Positions 48,259 to 57,730 of a stretch of 64,000 nt of DNA are shown here, piece by piece. The position numbers and the translations under genes were made by a program. Source of the stretch: an uncultured Candidatus Saccharibacteria bacterium (GTDB taxonomy: Bacteria; Patescibacteriota; Minisyncoccia; Phycocordibacterales; UBA9973); the NCBI GenBank assembly GCA_964404925.1, contig CAYOLW010000004.1, positions 8,894-72,893 of the forward strand, in the 5' to 3' direction. Each line of letters starts with the position of its first letter. Position 1 is the first letter of the stretch. Under the pieces are notes generated by a model, which saw nothing but the letters and a program-made list of their open reading frames with translations, searched no databases and was not told where the DNA came from.

Positions 48259-48819
48259 TTAGCAAAAATTTATTGCTGAAATAAAACAAATAATTATCCC
48301 AATAATCAACATATAGAAAGATAGATTAATACTGTTTTTTACAAAAGTAGGAGCTTTGTTGTCGTCCTGTTTACTCTCAACTTTCTTTGAGTTTTCCCTG
48401 TATGAATCCTGAAGACTCTCGTAGCTTTCTAAAAGTTGCTTCTCTTCAGTCTCTCCTCGACTAAATTGAGTGAGTTTACGACTAAATACCACCATGGGTT
48501 TTTCAAGATTCGCAACATACTCATAAAATGAGTGGTCGTTATCAATAGAAATTCGAAAAACATTAAGTGCCACAAGCAGAGAAGAAATTACAAGACCTAC
48601 CCCAAATAATGCAAGGGTATAGTTCTGAACCAAGTCCGATGAAACAAAAAATACAGAAATAACACTAAGAGAACCTGGAAATTTTATAAACTTATCCAAA
48701 TACTTCTCGATATTATCTGAGTGTTCTTTTTTAATAGGGGTCGATGTATCTTTAATGAAAGACACCACCCTATCTTGAAGCTCTCTCATGTTATCCAATT
48801 TTTTCTGATCGATTGCCAT
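48259..48819 (-). CDS. Membrane protein, hypothetical (2 central TM plus C-terminal TM)
   Basis: Hydrophobic segments VISVFFVSS, LALFGVGLVISSLLVAL and YMLIIGIIICFISAI. Sits immediately upstream of, and co-oriented with, the nuclease gene (9-bp gap). Confidence 0.45.
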   Translation of the reverse strand: MAIDQKKLDNMRELQDRVVSFIKDTSTPIKKEHSDNIEKYLDKFIKFPGSLSVISVFFVSSDLVQNYTLALFGVGLVISSLLVALNVFRISIDNDHSFYEYVANLEKPMVVFSRKLTQFSRGETEEKQLLESYESLQDSYRENSKKVESKQDDNKAPTFVKNSINLSFYMLIIGIIICFISAINFC

Positions 48820-48929
48820 ATTTTTATATTAACTAACTTACGAATCAATCGTACCGCATACTAGGCTAATTTCGCTCTATGCAAAACTCATGAAACGTAG
48901 CACTGACGCGTCCTGAGCGACGCTCTTGT

Positions 48930-49003
48930 TGGCTGGGGTACATGGATTCGAACCACGATTAAAGGCTTCAAAGGCCTCTGTCCTACCATTAGACGATACC
49001 CCA
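48930..49003 (-). tRNA. tRNA-Gln (anticodon UUG), CCA encoded
   Basis: Manual fold: acceptor TGGGGTA/TACCCCA (U1-A72), D-arm GTCT-AATGGTA-GGAC, anticodon arm GAGGC-CTTTGAA-GCCTT (U33, TTG, A37), 4-nt variable loop, T-arm CGTGG-TTCGAAT-CCATG, discriminator G73. These match Gln identity elements. Confidence 0.85.
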
Positions 49004-49084
49004 ATACATAATATTCACAACCTAATACCGAAATACATTACCATATTTTGGCTGAATTTGCACATACTTTATTCAAAAATTAAG

Positions 49085-49486
49085 CTATCCCAGCCTTTTT
49101 AACACTCCTTTGTTTTTAACTATATTTTTATAATCCCATTGGATTTCTTTGGATTTTTTGAGCCACCTTTTAAGGCTAGGCAGTTTTATTTCGCTCACAT
49201 CGGTATAGAAAGCTTCGGCTGCCTTGAACTTGCCTTCTGGTAGCAAATCCTTCTCGCTAAAATCCTGCCCACTGAAAAACATCACAGACACTCTGTCCCC
49301 CTTCCTCACTGAATACGCCACAACAGGATTACCCTCCAGGAACCACACTGGGCTCCCGTGCCAAATCTTGGATTCGCTTTTCTTGAGCGATGCATTGATA
49401 ATTTCTTCTAAGACTTTACATATTTTTTTAATTTTTATCGGTTGCAGTTTATTGTATTCTGCAATTGTTTTCGCTGTGTTTTTCAT
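49085..49486 (-). CDS. DUF1801 (YdhG-like) domain protein
   Basis: 133 aa. The pattern IWHGSPVWFLEGNPVVAYSVRKGDRVSVMFFSG is typical of DUF1801. Confidence 0.5.
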   Translation of the reverse strand: MKNTAKTIAEYNKLQPIKIKKICKVLEEIINASLKKSESKIWHGSPVWFLEGNPVVAYSVRKGDRVSVMFFSGQDFSEKDLLPEGKFKAAEAFYTDVSEIKLPSLKRWLKKSKEIQWDYKNIVKNKGVLKRLG

Positions 49487-49534
49487 ACGTATTATTCTAT
49501 ATTAATTTTATATATATTCATACCTCACAACAAA

Positions 49535-49563
49535 ACACCCTGGGTTTAACCAGGGTGTTTTTA
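49535..49563. terminator. Rho-independent terminator (9-bp stem, U-runs on both strands)
   Basis: acaccctgg-gtttaa-ccagggtgt with ttttt downstream on plus and ttttgttgtg on minus. It lies between the ABC transporter and DUF1801 genes. Confidence 0.6.
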
Positions 49564-49587
49564 GATAGTCGATTTATAGGATGCTAA

Positions 49588-49725
49588 TTATTGTAGACTC
49601 ACGTTTCTCACCACAGTGGCGTCGATAGTGTTGTCTGCGTTCACCATACCGTGTATTCGAACCTGATTGCCTACTTGAAAGCTATTCAAAGCTGCAGCTA
49701 ACCATTTCTCGTTGTAGTCGCCACA
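49588..49725 (-). pseudogene. Possible gene remnant: 45-codon protein-like frame without a start (C-terminal OB-fold/DUF5666-like fragment)
   Basis: The minus frame translates CGDYNEKWLAAALNSFQVGNQVRIHGMVNADNTIDATVVRNVSLQ*, with an in-frame stop immediately upstream. Confidence 0.2.
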
Positions 49726-49760
49726 TTACATTGACGTAAATTGGTTTATGTCTTTTAAAT

Positions 49761-51497
49761 TTATTCCCCTACCTGTTCACGCCACATAGCAGCGTAGAGT
49801 CCGCTCTTAGCTAGCAGTTCCTTGTGACTACCGGATTCAATTACTTTACCTTTTTCTAGTACATATATTCGGTCTGCATGCATCACGGTAGACAGCCTGT
49901 GTGCCACCAGGATAGTAATGAGGCTTTTCTCAGCTGATAACTCAGCCATAGTCTTGGTTATTTCCGCTTCGGTTATAGAGTCGAGCGCAGATGTAGCTTC
50001 GTCGAACACCAGCATGGTTGGCTTGCGCAGTAGCGCTCGAGCGATGGATAGCCGCTGTTTCTCTCCGCCAGAAATCTTCACCCCGCCTTCGCCGATGGTT
50101 GTATCAATTCCTTTTTCAGCTCGTTCGAGTAGACTACCGCAAGCACTTTTATCCAGCACTTCGTACATTTCTTTCTCTGTTGCATTTGGATTTACAAATA
50201 GCAGATTCTCTCGGATGGTACCTGCGAACAATTGAGTGTCTTGGGTGACGAATCCTATTTGTGATCGCAATTCATTGAGGTCTATATCACTACCGGATAT
50301 GTCGTTGTAATACACTTCACCAGCATGTGGTTGGTACAGCCTCACCAATAGTTTAATCAAACTTGTTTTACCTGATCCTGATGGACCCACGAATGCCACA
50401 GTCTCGCCCTTTTTAACTTCAAACGAAACCTGACTCAAGGCTTCCTTGTCTGCGCTTTTATATTTGAAATCAACTTCTTTGAAAGATAATTTTTCCACCA
50501 ATCCAAGCGGTTTTGGATTCTCAGGCTGTGCCTCGCCCGGGATTGATAGAATACTTTTGAATTTCTCCATAGAAGCTTCGGCTTCTCTATATGAAGTAAT
50601 CACATCGCCAATCTGCTGCAACGGAGTAAAGATAAAGAATGAATATATGTACAAAGAGAAGAATTGACCAAAGGTGATCGTTTGTTTAAAAACTAAATAC
50701 AACAGGAATAAAAGCACAACGTTGCGTAGTAAATTCACCAATGTTCCCTGTACAAAACTAATACTGCGGACATAGCGCAGTTTTTTTAATTCGAGTTTCA
50801 GTATTTTATCTGTTGTATTGCCGAGTCGTTTTATTTCTTGATTAGCGAGTCCCAAACTTTTTACAAGTTCAATATTCCTCAATGATTCAGTAGTAGATCC
50901 GGATAATGCTGTAGTTTCGGCCACTATTTGCTTTTGCACTTGTTTGACCTTTTTGGTCATGGCGTAGCTGGCTCCACCTAATATAGGAATGGTCAATCCG
51001 TACATAAGTGCCACACCCCAATACAATGTCGCCGCATAGATAGTGACGAACAAGAACCCAACCAAAGAAACAAATACAACATTAATAAGTAGGTTCAAAT
51101 ATTTCTCGGCGTCACTACGCGCTTTCTGAAGTAGGCTTAGGGTTTCTCCAGAACGCTGGTCTTCAAACACTTCATAAGGTAAAGACAGCGAATGCATCAC
51201 ACCCTCCTGATACATAACAGCCCCTGAACGCTGAGTGACAGTATTCAGATAATAATCTTGGAAGTTTTTGGCTACCCTCGATACAAAGACTATACCAATA
51301 GCCAGTAGTATAAGCCCGGCCACCCCAGTAAAAAACTCTTTACTGGTATAGTCTCCTGGTTTAGATGCATATTCGTCGATGATATGCTGGAAAATTATCG
51401 GATCGATTAAAGAGAAAATCTGGTTCACGACCGCAAGCCCAAGCACCAACGCACACAGTTTCCAGTACCTTTTTAAGTACGAATATAATATAGACAT
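49761..51497 (-). CDS. ABC transporter, fused permease/ATP-binding exporter (MsbA/type I exporter-like)
   Basis: 6-TM N-domain, Walker A GPSGSGKTS, signature ISGGEKQRLSIARA, Walker B LVFDEATSALD. Confidence 0.9.
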   Translation of the reverse strand: MSILYSYLKRYWKLCALVLGLAVVNQIFSLIDPIIFQHIIDEYASKPGDYTSKEFFTGVAGLILLAIGIVFVSRVAKNFQDYYLNTVTQRSGAVMYQEGVMHSLSLPYEVFEDQRSGETLSLLQKARSDAEKYLNLLINVVFVSLVGFLFVTIYAATLYWGVALMYGLTIPILGGASYAMTKKVKQVQKQIVAETTALSGSTTESLRNIELVKSLGLANQEIKRLGNTTDKILKLELKKLRYVRSISFVQGTLVNLLRNVVLLFLLYLVFKQTITFGQFFSLYIYSFFIFTPLQQIGDVITSYREAEASMEKFKSILSIPGEAQPENPKPLGLVEKLSFKEVDFKYKSADKEALSQVSFEVKKGETVAFVGPSGSGKTSLIKLLVRLYQPHAGEVYYNDISGSDIDLNELRSQIGFVTQDTQLFAGTIRENLLFVNPNATEKEMYEVLDKSACGSLLERAEKGIDTTIGEGGVKISGGEKQRLSIARALLRKPTMLVFDEATSALDSITEAEITKTMAELSAEKSLITILVAHRLSTVMHADRIYVLEKGKVIESGSHKELLAKSGLYAAMWREQVGE

Positions 51498-51512
51498 GAA
51501 CCTATATTAGCA

Positions 51513-52589
51513 TTATTTTTTGATTTCTTTCAAAGTTGGAATTGGGTATGATTCTATAACTCTAATCCGCAATCGGCCAATGGTGTGCCCTTTTAGGGTT
51601 TCAATGTTCACTCGCCATTTTCCTTTATCCAAATTGCTAATCTTGGAATACGTACGGAATCCTCCTTCACGCCCACCGATCACAGGCAGCTTCACTGTTG
51701 ATTTGGTAACCCATGTTTTAATTACTGGGTCATACCATTGCCATTCGTGTACTATTTCAGTCATAAATCCAGGTGGAGAAAAAACAGCACTAAAAGCATA
51801 AACAGGATTATGAGTCAGGTGCATGGGCTCATAAAGTACGAAAGCATTCCACCAAGGCCTAGCCTCATCAATGATGCGGTAGTTTCCGTCTTCTGTGCGA
51901 GACACCTGATGATACACTCCGCCGGAATTCATAGCGAAAGGTATGGGCGGTATCAGGTTAGCAAAATACAATATGTTTATTATAGCGAAAATACTTAACA
52001 ATATTGCAGATAAAGTCATTCTGAGTTTTTGGCTACCACGGACAACAAAACGAAACAAAACTTCAGTAAATATAGCCACAAAGGTCAGACTCACAACTCC
52101 TGCAAGTAGGAAAATCAAAGGACTAATTTTATGTGCAAGAACTGGCACAATAAAGATTGCAAATGTGTAAACAGACAGGAAAAACAAAGCAATCTGAAAT
52201 CCCAAACGCGCTCTATGCTTTTTTAAATATTCATTAGCGATAAAGATAGCAAGTAATAAGACATAAAAAGGTAGCGAAGCAAAGAAGTCTCCACTCCGGA
52301 AATAGAAAACTAAATATGTAGAAAATATGCCTCCAAACAAGAACTGCAAAGCAGACAGATACCAGAAATGCATTCCGCTTTTTTCTTCACCACGTTTTTC
52401 CTCGTACTGGATTTGGAAAATCAATATACCCACTGCCACAATGTGCGCAATAATCCAGAAATTCTCCCAGAACAAATCCACCCTTCTTAGGGTTAGTATG
52501 TTAACGATAAAACCAGGCACCAAAAATATTGATGATATTTGCCTGTCATATTTAATATAGAAACGCTCAATTCTATGCCAGAAACTCAT
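51513..52589 (-). CDS. Polytopic membrane protein with C-terminal soluble beta-rich domain (DUF2914-like), hypothetical
   Basis: About 7 TM segments, then a WQWYDP...GGREGGFRTYS...WRVNIE domain. Confidence 0.4.
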   Translation of the reverse strand: MSFWHRIERFYIKYDRQISSIFLVPGFIVNILTLRRVDLFWENFWIIAHIVAVGILIFQIQYEEKRGEEKSGMHFWYLSALQFLFGGIFSTYLVFYFRSGDFFASLPFYVLLLAIFIANEYLKKHRARLGFQIALFFLSVYTFAIFIVPVLAHKISPLIFLLAGVVSLTFVAIFTEVLFRFVVRGSQKLRMTLSAILLSIFAIINILYFANLIPPIPFAMNSGGVYHQVSRTEDGNYRIIDEARPWWNAFVLYEPMHLTHNPVYAFSAVFSPPGFMTEIVHEWQWYDPVIKTWVTKSTVKLPVIGGREGGFRTYSKISNLDKGKWRVNIETLKGHTIGRLRIRVIESYPIPTLKEIKK

Positions 52590-52595
52590 GATTAG

Positions 52596-53126
52596 TTATT
52601 CTGATCTGTCTTCTAGTATAGCTGTCAGAGTCGCACAATCCATTTGCCACATTGGGAATCCAGGTGTTACTTTCGTCTTGTCTTTATAGGCATAAGTGCC
52701 GTCGCCTTTATCCACCATTTCACCGAACAATGCCACCGCTGAGCCTTCCCCGAATTCAATCAATAATTCCTCTTTGTTTTCTGTTCCTTCAGCCATAGCA
52801 GTCCAAGTAACCTCAGCTACGCGCCCTGAAATATTAGAATCGAACGCTCCCACGGTACCCTCGAAATTACCAACCTTTGAATCCTTTTCAGCTGGCACAT
52901 AATAGTGCTCGCCAGTTACCTTGCCACCGTCGATGTCCAATCGTACCCACTCTCGATCTTCTGTATCGTTCCTGGTTTTATCGGCATAGTAATAACACAT
53001 AGACACTATACTTGATTCATCTGTTTTTACTTCTGTGGGTGTTGGCTGTTTATAGTATTTAAAATAAAACACGAGACCACCTGCAATTAAGATAATAAAA
53101 AATAGTGCAATAATATTTTTCTTCAT
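52596..53126 (-). CDS. Membrane-anchored/secreted hypothetical protein
   Basis: Start trimmed to ATG 53126 (MKKNIIALFFIILIAGGLVFYF signal/anchor). No recognisable domain. Confidence 0.4.
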   Translation of the reverse strand: MKKNIIALFFIILIAGGLVFYFKYYKQPTPTEVKTDESSIVSMCYYYADKTRNDTEDREWVRLDIDGGKVTGEHYYVPAEKDSKVGNFEGTVGAFDSNISGRVAEVTWTAMAEGTENKEELLIEFGEGSAVALFGEMVDKGDGTYAYKDKTKVTPGFPMWQMDCATLTAILEDRSE

Positions 53127-53143
53127 ACCTACATTATATATCT

Positions 53144-54415
53144 TTATTTGTTGCCTGTCGCTGCATTTGCCCCAGCCACAAACCCGCTCGTCCAGCATAC
53201 CTGCAGAGAGTATCCACCGGAGGGTCTATTGATGTGCAACAAGTCCCCCGTAATATATAAATTTTGTACAACTTTAGATCGCATGGTCCGAGTGTCTATC
53301 TCCTCGAGCACCACGCCACCGTCGGCTACCACCGCATGATCGTATCCTTTTAGATTAGTGATATGTACTGGTAATGATTTAACGGTATCCACTATTTTCC
53401 TCCTTTGTGTTTTTGTAATACTGTGGACCTTGGTTTCTAGATCGATATCTGCCAAAAGCATACTTATACCAGGCAGCGAACCTTCGGGTAATATTTCCTT
53501 TAATACATTTTTTAAAATTTTATTTTTATTTTCGTCAAAGGTTTTTGTAATTGATTTATCGAGTGTACCGATATCCATATCTGGGTACAAGTCTATGCTG
53601 GCAGTTACCTCACTACTCTGTAGCCATCCGCCAATCTGGCTTGCGGTATTTAATATCGTTGGACCCGAAAGCCCGAAATGAGTACAGAGTATGTTTCCCT
53701 TTTTTGCTAACTGCTTTTTACCTTCAGCATAAAAAGTTATTTTTGCATCCAAGGCTCGCCCAGAAATAGCATGCACCCATTTATCAGACACCACCACCGG
53801 GACGATGGACGGCGTGGGAGGTTTAACCTTGTGACCTAAATCTCGCAACCAATTAAATCCGTCCCCGGTAGATCCGGTCTCAGGATGTGATACTCCGCCT
53901 GTGGCTAATATATAATTTCGTGCTGTATAAATATTTTTGCCACACTCTACGCCTGTGATTTTACCTTCTTTTATTAAAATTTTACTAACTGGTGAATTGG
54001 TCTTGACCTCTACTTTGTTTTTCTGCATATAGACGATGAGTTTGTTTAACACATCTGCTGCACGCTCAGTTTTAGGAAAAGCGCGATTCCGACCCTCCAC
54101 AATCAATGGCAAACCTAAAGACTCAAAGAAAGAAAAAGTCTCTTTCACTCCGAATTCTGAAAAAGGAGAAAAAAGGAAGGGTGCCGCCGTTCCATAATTC
54201 TGCAACAATAGACGAGTATCGTACGTGGCGTTGGTGATGTTGCACCTGCCTCCTCCGGTGATCTTGAGCTTGTGGCCCAATGTCTTGTTCTTCTCAAGCA
54301 AAAGCACCTGTGCACCGAGTGCACCTGCCCGGCCAGCGGCCATCATGCCAGATGCACCGCCGCCGACTACTATTACATCGTATTCATTTTTTGAATTGTT
54401 ATTTACTTTTTTCAT
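53144..54415 (-). CDS. FAD-dependent flavoprotein, HI0933/BaiN (aminoacetone oxidase) family
   Basis: YDVIVVGGGASGMMAAGRAG dinucleotide-binding motif, 423 aa, and a C-terminal GDLLHINRPSGGY block. Confidence 0.78.
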   Translation of the reverse strand: MKKVNNNSKNEYDVIVVGGGASGMMAAGRAGALGAQVLLLEKNKTLGHKLKITGGGRCNITNATYDTRLLLQNYGTAAPFLFSPFSEFGVKETFSFFESLGLPLIVEGRNRAFPKTERAADVLNKLIVYMQKNKVEVKTNSPVSKILIKEGKITGVECGKNIYTARNYILATGGVSHPETGSTGDGFNWLRDLGHKVKPPTPSIVPVVVSDKWVHAISGRALDAKITFYAEGKKQLAKKGNILCTHFGLSGPTILNTASQIGGWLQSSEVTASIDLYPDMDIGTLDKSITKTFDENKNKILKNVLKEILPEGSLPGISMLLADIDLETKVHSITKTQRRKIVDTVKSLPVHITNLKGYDHAVVADGGVVLEEIDTRTMRSKVVQNLYITGDLLHINRPSGGYSLQVCWTSGFVAGANAATGNK

Positions 54416-54522
54416 TCAAATTTATCTGGCACCTGGAGGTAATTTAACACGAAAAATCATTAAAAACTATAAATTAGCAAAATAAAAAAGCCTCCTAGAG
54501 ACTTCTTTATTTCAAAATACCA

Positions 54523-54630
54523 TTAAGCTGTGTGTTCTTCTGTTGCTTCAGTTGCTTCGGTCGCTTCAGCTGCGTGCTCTGCAGGTACTGCTGCTTCTTC
54601 TACTGGCTTTACTTCTTGTTCGTTATCCAT
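54523..54630 (-). CDS. Small acidic peptide (35 aa) with (ATE)3 repeat, hypothetical
   Basis: MDNEQEVKPVEEAAVPAEHAAEATEATEATEEHTA in a locally GC-richer intergenic region, with no clear RBS. Confidence 0.15.
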   Translation of the reverse strand: MDNEQEVKPVEEAAVPAEHAAEATEATEATEEHTA

Positions 54631-54704
54631 ATAAATTTAAGCTAATTCGTGCTAATTGCGACTATGCCTGAGTTTAGCACAGATAACAGGATAAAGATAC
54701 CGTA

Positions 54705-55295
54705 TTAAACCCTCATACCCCAAGCATTGGCGCCTGGGTTCCTTTCTTGCCTAGATAGGGCAAACTGCCAACCCGAGAAAATCAGAAGTGCGACCAGTGT
54801 CCCTATCTTGTAATACACCCATCCAGCCGGGGTTAAATACATGAGGGCTAATTGGTTTGACCCAGATAGCATAAAAGCAAAGGCTGCCCATCGAAAAGAC
54901 ACCACCTTCCACCCATGTTCAGTAATATCAAATATAGAGATGAACCATTTTTTGAGGATGAGAGTACCCTGCATGTGATACCCGAGGATAATAAAACCAA
55001 ATATCCCCCAGAACAATGTGTCTTTGAATATTATATAGTCTGGGTTACGCAGGAATACCGTTGCTAGACCAAATACAAGTATGGAACCCGAAGCAAAAAG
55101 TGAGAATACCGCTACCCTTTTTTCAATAAAGATAGACAGCAAGAAAGCAATCAACACAACCCCGACCAAAACCATCGTCGCCCGAATAAAATCAAAGAAA
55201 TTAAATGCTACAAAAAACGCCAGTATCGGACCGAATTCAATAAACAGATTCAGTGCCAGCCGTCTGGTCAAAAATGGTATTTTTTTATTTTCCAT
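54705..55295 (-). CDS. Inner-membrane protein YciB/IspA (septation protein A) family
   Basis: LNLFIEFGPILAFFVAFNFFD N-terminal block resembles YciB FLPLIVFF. Start trimmed to ATG 55295. Confidence 0.5.
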   Translation of the reverse strand: MENKKIPFLTRRLALNLFIEFGPILAFFVAFNFFDFIRATMVLVGVVLIAFLLSIFIEKRVAVFSLFASGSILVFGLATVFLRNPDYIIFKDTLFWGIFGFIILGYHMQGTLILKKWFISIFDITEHGWKVVSFRWAAFAFMLSGSNQLALMYLTPAGWVYYKIGTLVALLIFSGWQFALSRQERNPGANAWGMRV

Positions 55296-56064
55296 TTTTG
55301 TTTTTTGGAAACCACGGAATGAACTTGCTGACCCGTGCTTTGTATTCTGGGAAATCTGGATGACTGGCCATTTTGGCCTCGAGCATGGGCACACCGGAAA
55401 CCTTGAGTAATAGAAAAGTAATTAATATCGGGCCGATTATACTCACTGGTCCGTACTGTGTGTTGAGCGCAATAATCCAGATACCCCACCACATTGTAGC
55501 CTCACCGAAATAATTCGGATGCCTGGTATATGCCCAGAGACCAGACTGCATGAGCTTGCCTTTGTTCTCGGGATTTTTTAGAAATTTAGCTAATTGCGCA
55601 TCACCTGTAACTTCAAAAATAAAACCAATAATCCAAACAGCAACCCCTACATAGTCTATCCAAGTAAAACCACTGCCACGATATATGCTTATGGCAATAA
55701 TAGGTGACGCAATGACGAGTAATAATAATCCTTGAAACAAGAAAACTTGTAGATAACTCCGGATCAGAAACCATTTGCCCCACTGTTCCCGCCAAGCCTG
55801 ATAACGATAGTCCTCTGTTTTATTTCTGTTGCGTATATATATATGAGCAGACAAACGAGTCGCCCAAATAGCAACCATCACCGCCACCAACAAACCACGA
55901 TCAAAATCCAATCCACTTAGAAAATAAGAAACCAATGCGACGATTAGAAATCCGAGTCCCCAGGCTACGTCAGCCAGGTCGTTTCTTTTTTTTATTTGAG
56001 CAACTATGAACCACAGTGTTGCATGACAGAATATGATTAAACCAAGCAATGATATAGTCGCCAT
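55285..56064 (-). CDS. DUF1295 / steroid 5-alpha-reductase-ICMT-like membrane methyltransferase/reductase family protein
   Basis: GLWAYTRHPNYFGE signature, polytopic. Confidence 0.7.
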   Translation of the reverse strand: MATISLLGLIIFCHATLWFIVAQIKKRNDLADVAWGLGFLIVALVSYFLSGLDFDRGLLVAVMVAIWATRLSAHIYIRNRNKTEDYRYQAWREQWGKWFLIRSYLQVFLFQGLLLLVIASPIIAISIYRGSGFTWIDYVGVAVWIIGFIFEVTGDAQLAKFLKNPENKGKLMQSGLWAYTRHPNYFGEATMWWGIWIIALNTQYGPVSIIGPILITFLLLKVSGVPMLEAKMASHPDFPEYKARVSKFIPWFPKNKNGK

Positions 56065-56468
56065 TATGCGAAGTATTTAGTTATATAAAAAGCAATGACT
56101 GCGGCAATTCCGGTTAGCAATGCACCCCAGAGCATATCAACCACGCTCACCACTGTAGGCCAAGATTTAAGCGTAGCCTGATTAGTCAGGTCATATGTGG
56201 CATAAGCAGAGAAACCAAACAATGCCCCAAACAGGAATACCTTTAATGCACTTGAACCATTGTCGACAGCCGGAGCCACCACCAACACAGATAATGCAAA
56301 GGTGTATATGATATAGAAAATTCCAGCAGGCAGTAGGTTAGGACTCTCTGCCATTAGATGCCCTATATGCCGCGAATAGAAAGTCTTGGCCATCGTGGAT
56401 AGCCAGATTGCATCAATAGCGAGCATCGAAACCAAAGCCGAGACGAAACCAATTAAAATATTTTGCAT
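56064..56468 (-). CDS. DUF2177-like membrane protein
   Basis: 4-TM small protein. Start trimmed to ATG 56468. Confidence 0.4.
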   Translation of the reverse strand: MQNILIGFVSALVSMLAIDAIWLSTMAKTFYSRHIGHLMAESPNLLPAGIFYIIYTFALSVLVVAPAVDNGSSALKVFLFGALFGFSAYATYDLTNQATLKSWPTVVSVVDMLWGALLTGIAAVIAFYITKYFA

Positions 56469-56500
56469 GGTTATATTATAGCATTTTGATTGACGCAATT

Positions 56501-56734
56501 TTATAGAAAGTTACCAATTCCACCACCATCAGCAACAGCAGTAAAACCAGCAGCCTCAAGCATGCCTTTGGCCATCATGGACCTATTACCAGATTCACAA
56601 TACAAAGTAATCTCTGCATCATGCGGCACCTCAGGGAAACGCCCATACATCATATCCATTATGTCGTGATTTAATGCGCCATCTACATGCCCTGAATCAT
56701 ATTCGCCTTTCGTTCTTACATCAATTAAAATCAT
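56501..56734 (-). CDS. Single-domain rhodanese-like sulfurtransferase
   Basis: 77 aa with an active-site loop YCESGNRS. Confidence 0.8.
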   Translation of the reverse strand: MILIDVRTKGEYDSGHVDGALNHDIMDMMYGRFPEVPHDAEITLYCESGNRSMMAKGMLEAAGFTAVADGGGIGNFL

Positions 56735-56743
56735 ATTTTTATA

Positions 56744-57127
56744 CTACTTTATTAAAACAATACTGGTTAACGCCATGAGCAGAACCAGAATAGCGGGTAA
56801 AGCTCGAATAAAAGGATCCTTTACCTTAATGTGCATGGACACCGCACCTATCATAAGAAAAACCAAAAGTCCTGATGCTGGATAGACAAGCTCGGGTATC
56901 CAAAAGCCTGCAATCATCGATGCGGCAATCAGCATCTTGGCCCCACCAACTAAATACATGAACCATGTAGGCAAACCATAAGCTAGAAATTCTGCTTGCA
57001 TACTATCCGCACCCATGCCCCGGTATTTCGTCGCCTTGCGGAAACGCACAAGCCATACATTAATCAAACCCAAAGCGATAACAATCTGCAGAACATATCC
57101 CACATACATTTGTATTGTTTCTGGCAT
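56744..57127 (-). CDS. DoxX family membrane protein
   Basis: 4-TM protein with a DoxX-like pattern. Start trimmed to ATG 57127. Confidence 0.55.
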   Translation of the reverse strand: MPETIQMYVGYVLQIVIALGLINVWLVRFRKATKYRGMGADSMQAEFLAYGLPTWFMYLVGGAKMLIAASMIAGFWIPELVYPASGLLVFLMIGAVSMHIKVKDPFIRALPAILVLLMALTSIVLIK

Positions 57128-57131
57128 AAAT

Positions 57132-57374
57132 TTAAAAATAATTTTTAATATTAATATTATACACCCAGGACTGTATCTGCCTGTCCAAATGCACTTGTTC
57201 ATGCAGAAGCATTGCGAGGTTGTGTTTATGAGGATCAGCCTTGTGTAAATCTATAAAAACACTTTCTGGAAAGTAGATAAATGGATACACAGTAGCAGCT
57301 ACATCCACAGAAAAAAATGGTATGAATTTCCACCATTTTGGTATTTTCTTTATTATTGTCCAATCAATCTGCAT
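57132..57374 (-). CDS. Small HExxH-containing protein (80 aa), hypothetical
   Basis: LLHEQVHLDRQ zinc-metalloprotease-like motif. It is the first gene after the palindromic operator. Confidence 0.35.
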   Translation of the reverse strand: MQIDWTIIKKIPKWWKFIPFFSVDVAATVYPFIYFPESVFIDLHKADPHKHNLAMLLHEQVHLDRQIQSWVYNINIKNYF

Positions 57375-57414
57375 TTTTATATATCATAACTCTAACATTC
57401 TGAAAAATACCAAA

Positions 57415-57452
57415 AATCTATTCTAGTTTTTTGCAAAATGCTAGTATAGATT
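57415..57452. promoter_or_regulatory. 38-bp near-perfect palindrome (putative ArsR-family operator), copy 1
   Basis: aatctattctag-ttttttgcaaaatg-ctagtatagatt. 32 of 38 positions are self-complementary, including a central TTTTGCAAAA. It overlaps the arsR stop and sits upstream of the 57374 operon. Confidence 0.6.
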
Positions 57453-57690
57453 CTGCTCGGGTTGTAATTTTGTGTCGAACATTATTTCCATCAGTACGCT
57501 TTAATACTAGCCCCGCAATAGCTAGCTTGCGCAGGTGGTCAGAAGCGTTCTCGTAACCAATATCCAGCTTCTCAGCAATTTCGTCTACAGAAAGCTCTGG
57601 CTCTTTTTTCAATAATTCCATTATCTGGATTCGCCGATGATTGGCAAATCCTTTCACAATTCGCTCCAGTTTTAGATAATTGTTAGTCAC
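57418..57690 (-). CDS. ArsR/SmtB family transcriptional regulator
   Basis: 90 aa winged HTH: LSVDEIAEKLDIGYENASDHLRKLAIAGLV. Confidence 0.82.
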   Translation of the reverse strand: MTNNYLKLERIVKGFANHRRIQIMELLKKEPELSVDEIAEKLDIGYENASDHLRKLAIAGLVLKRTDGNNVRHKITTRAESILAFCKKLE

Positions 57691-57701
57691 AATATAATTA
57701 T

Positions 57702-57730
57702 AAATCTATTCTAGTTTTTTGCAAAATGCT
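57702..57730. promoter_or_regulatory. Direct repeat of the operator left half plus centre (putative autoregulatory site upstream of arsR), copy 2
   Basis: aaatctattctagttttttgcaaaatgct is identical over 28 bp to 57415-57442 and lies 12 bp upstream of the arsR start codon. Confidence 0.55.
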
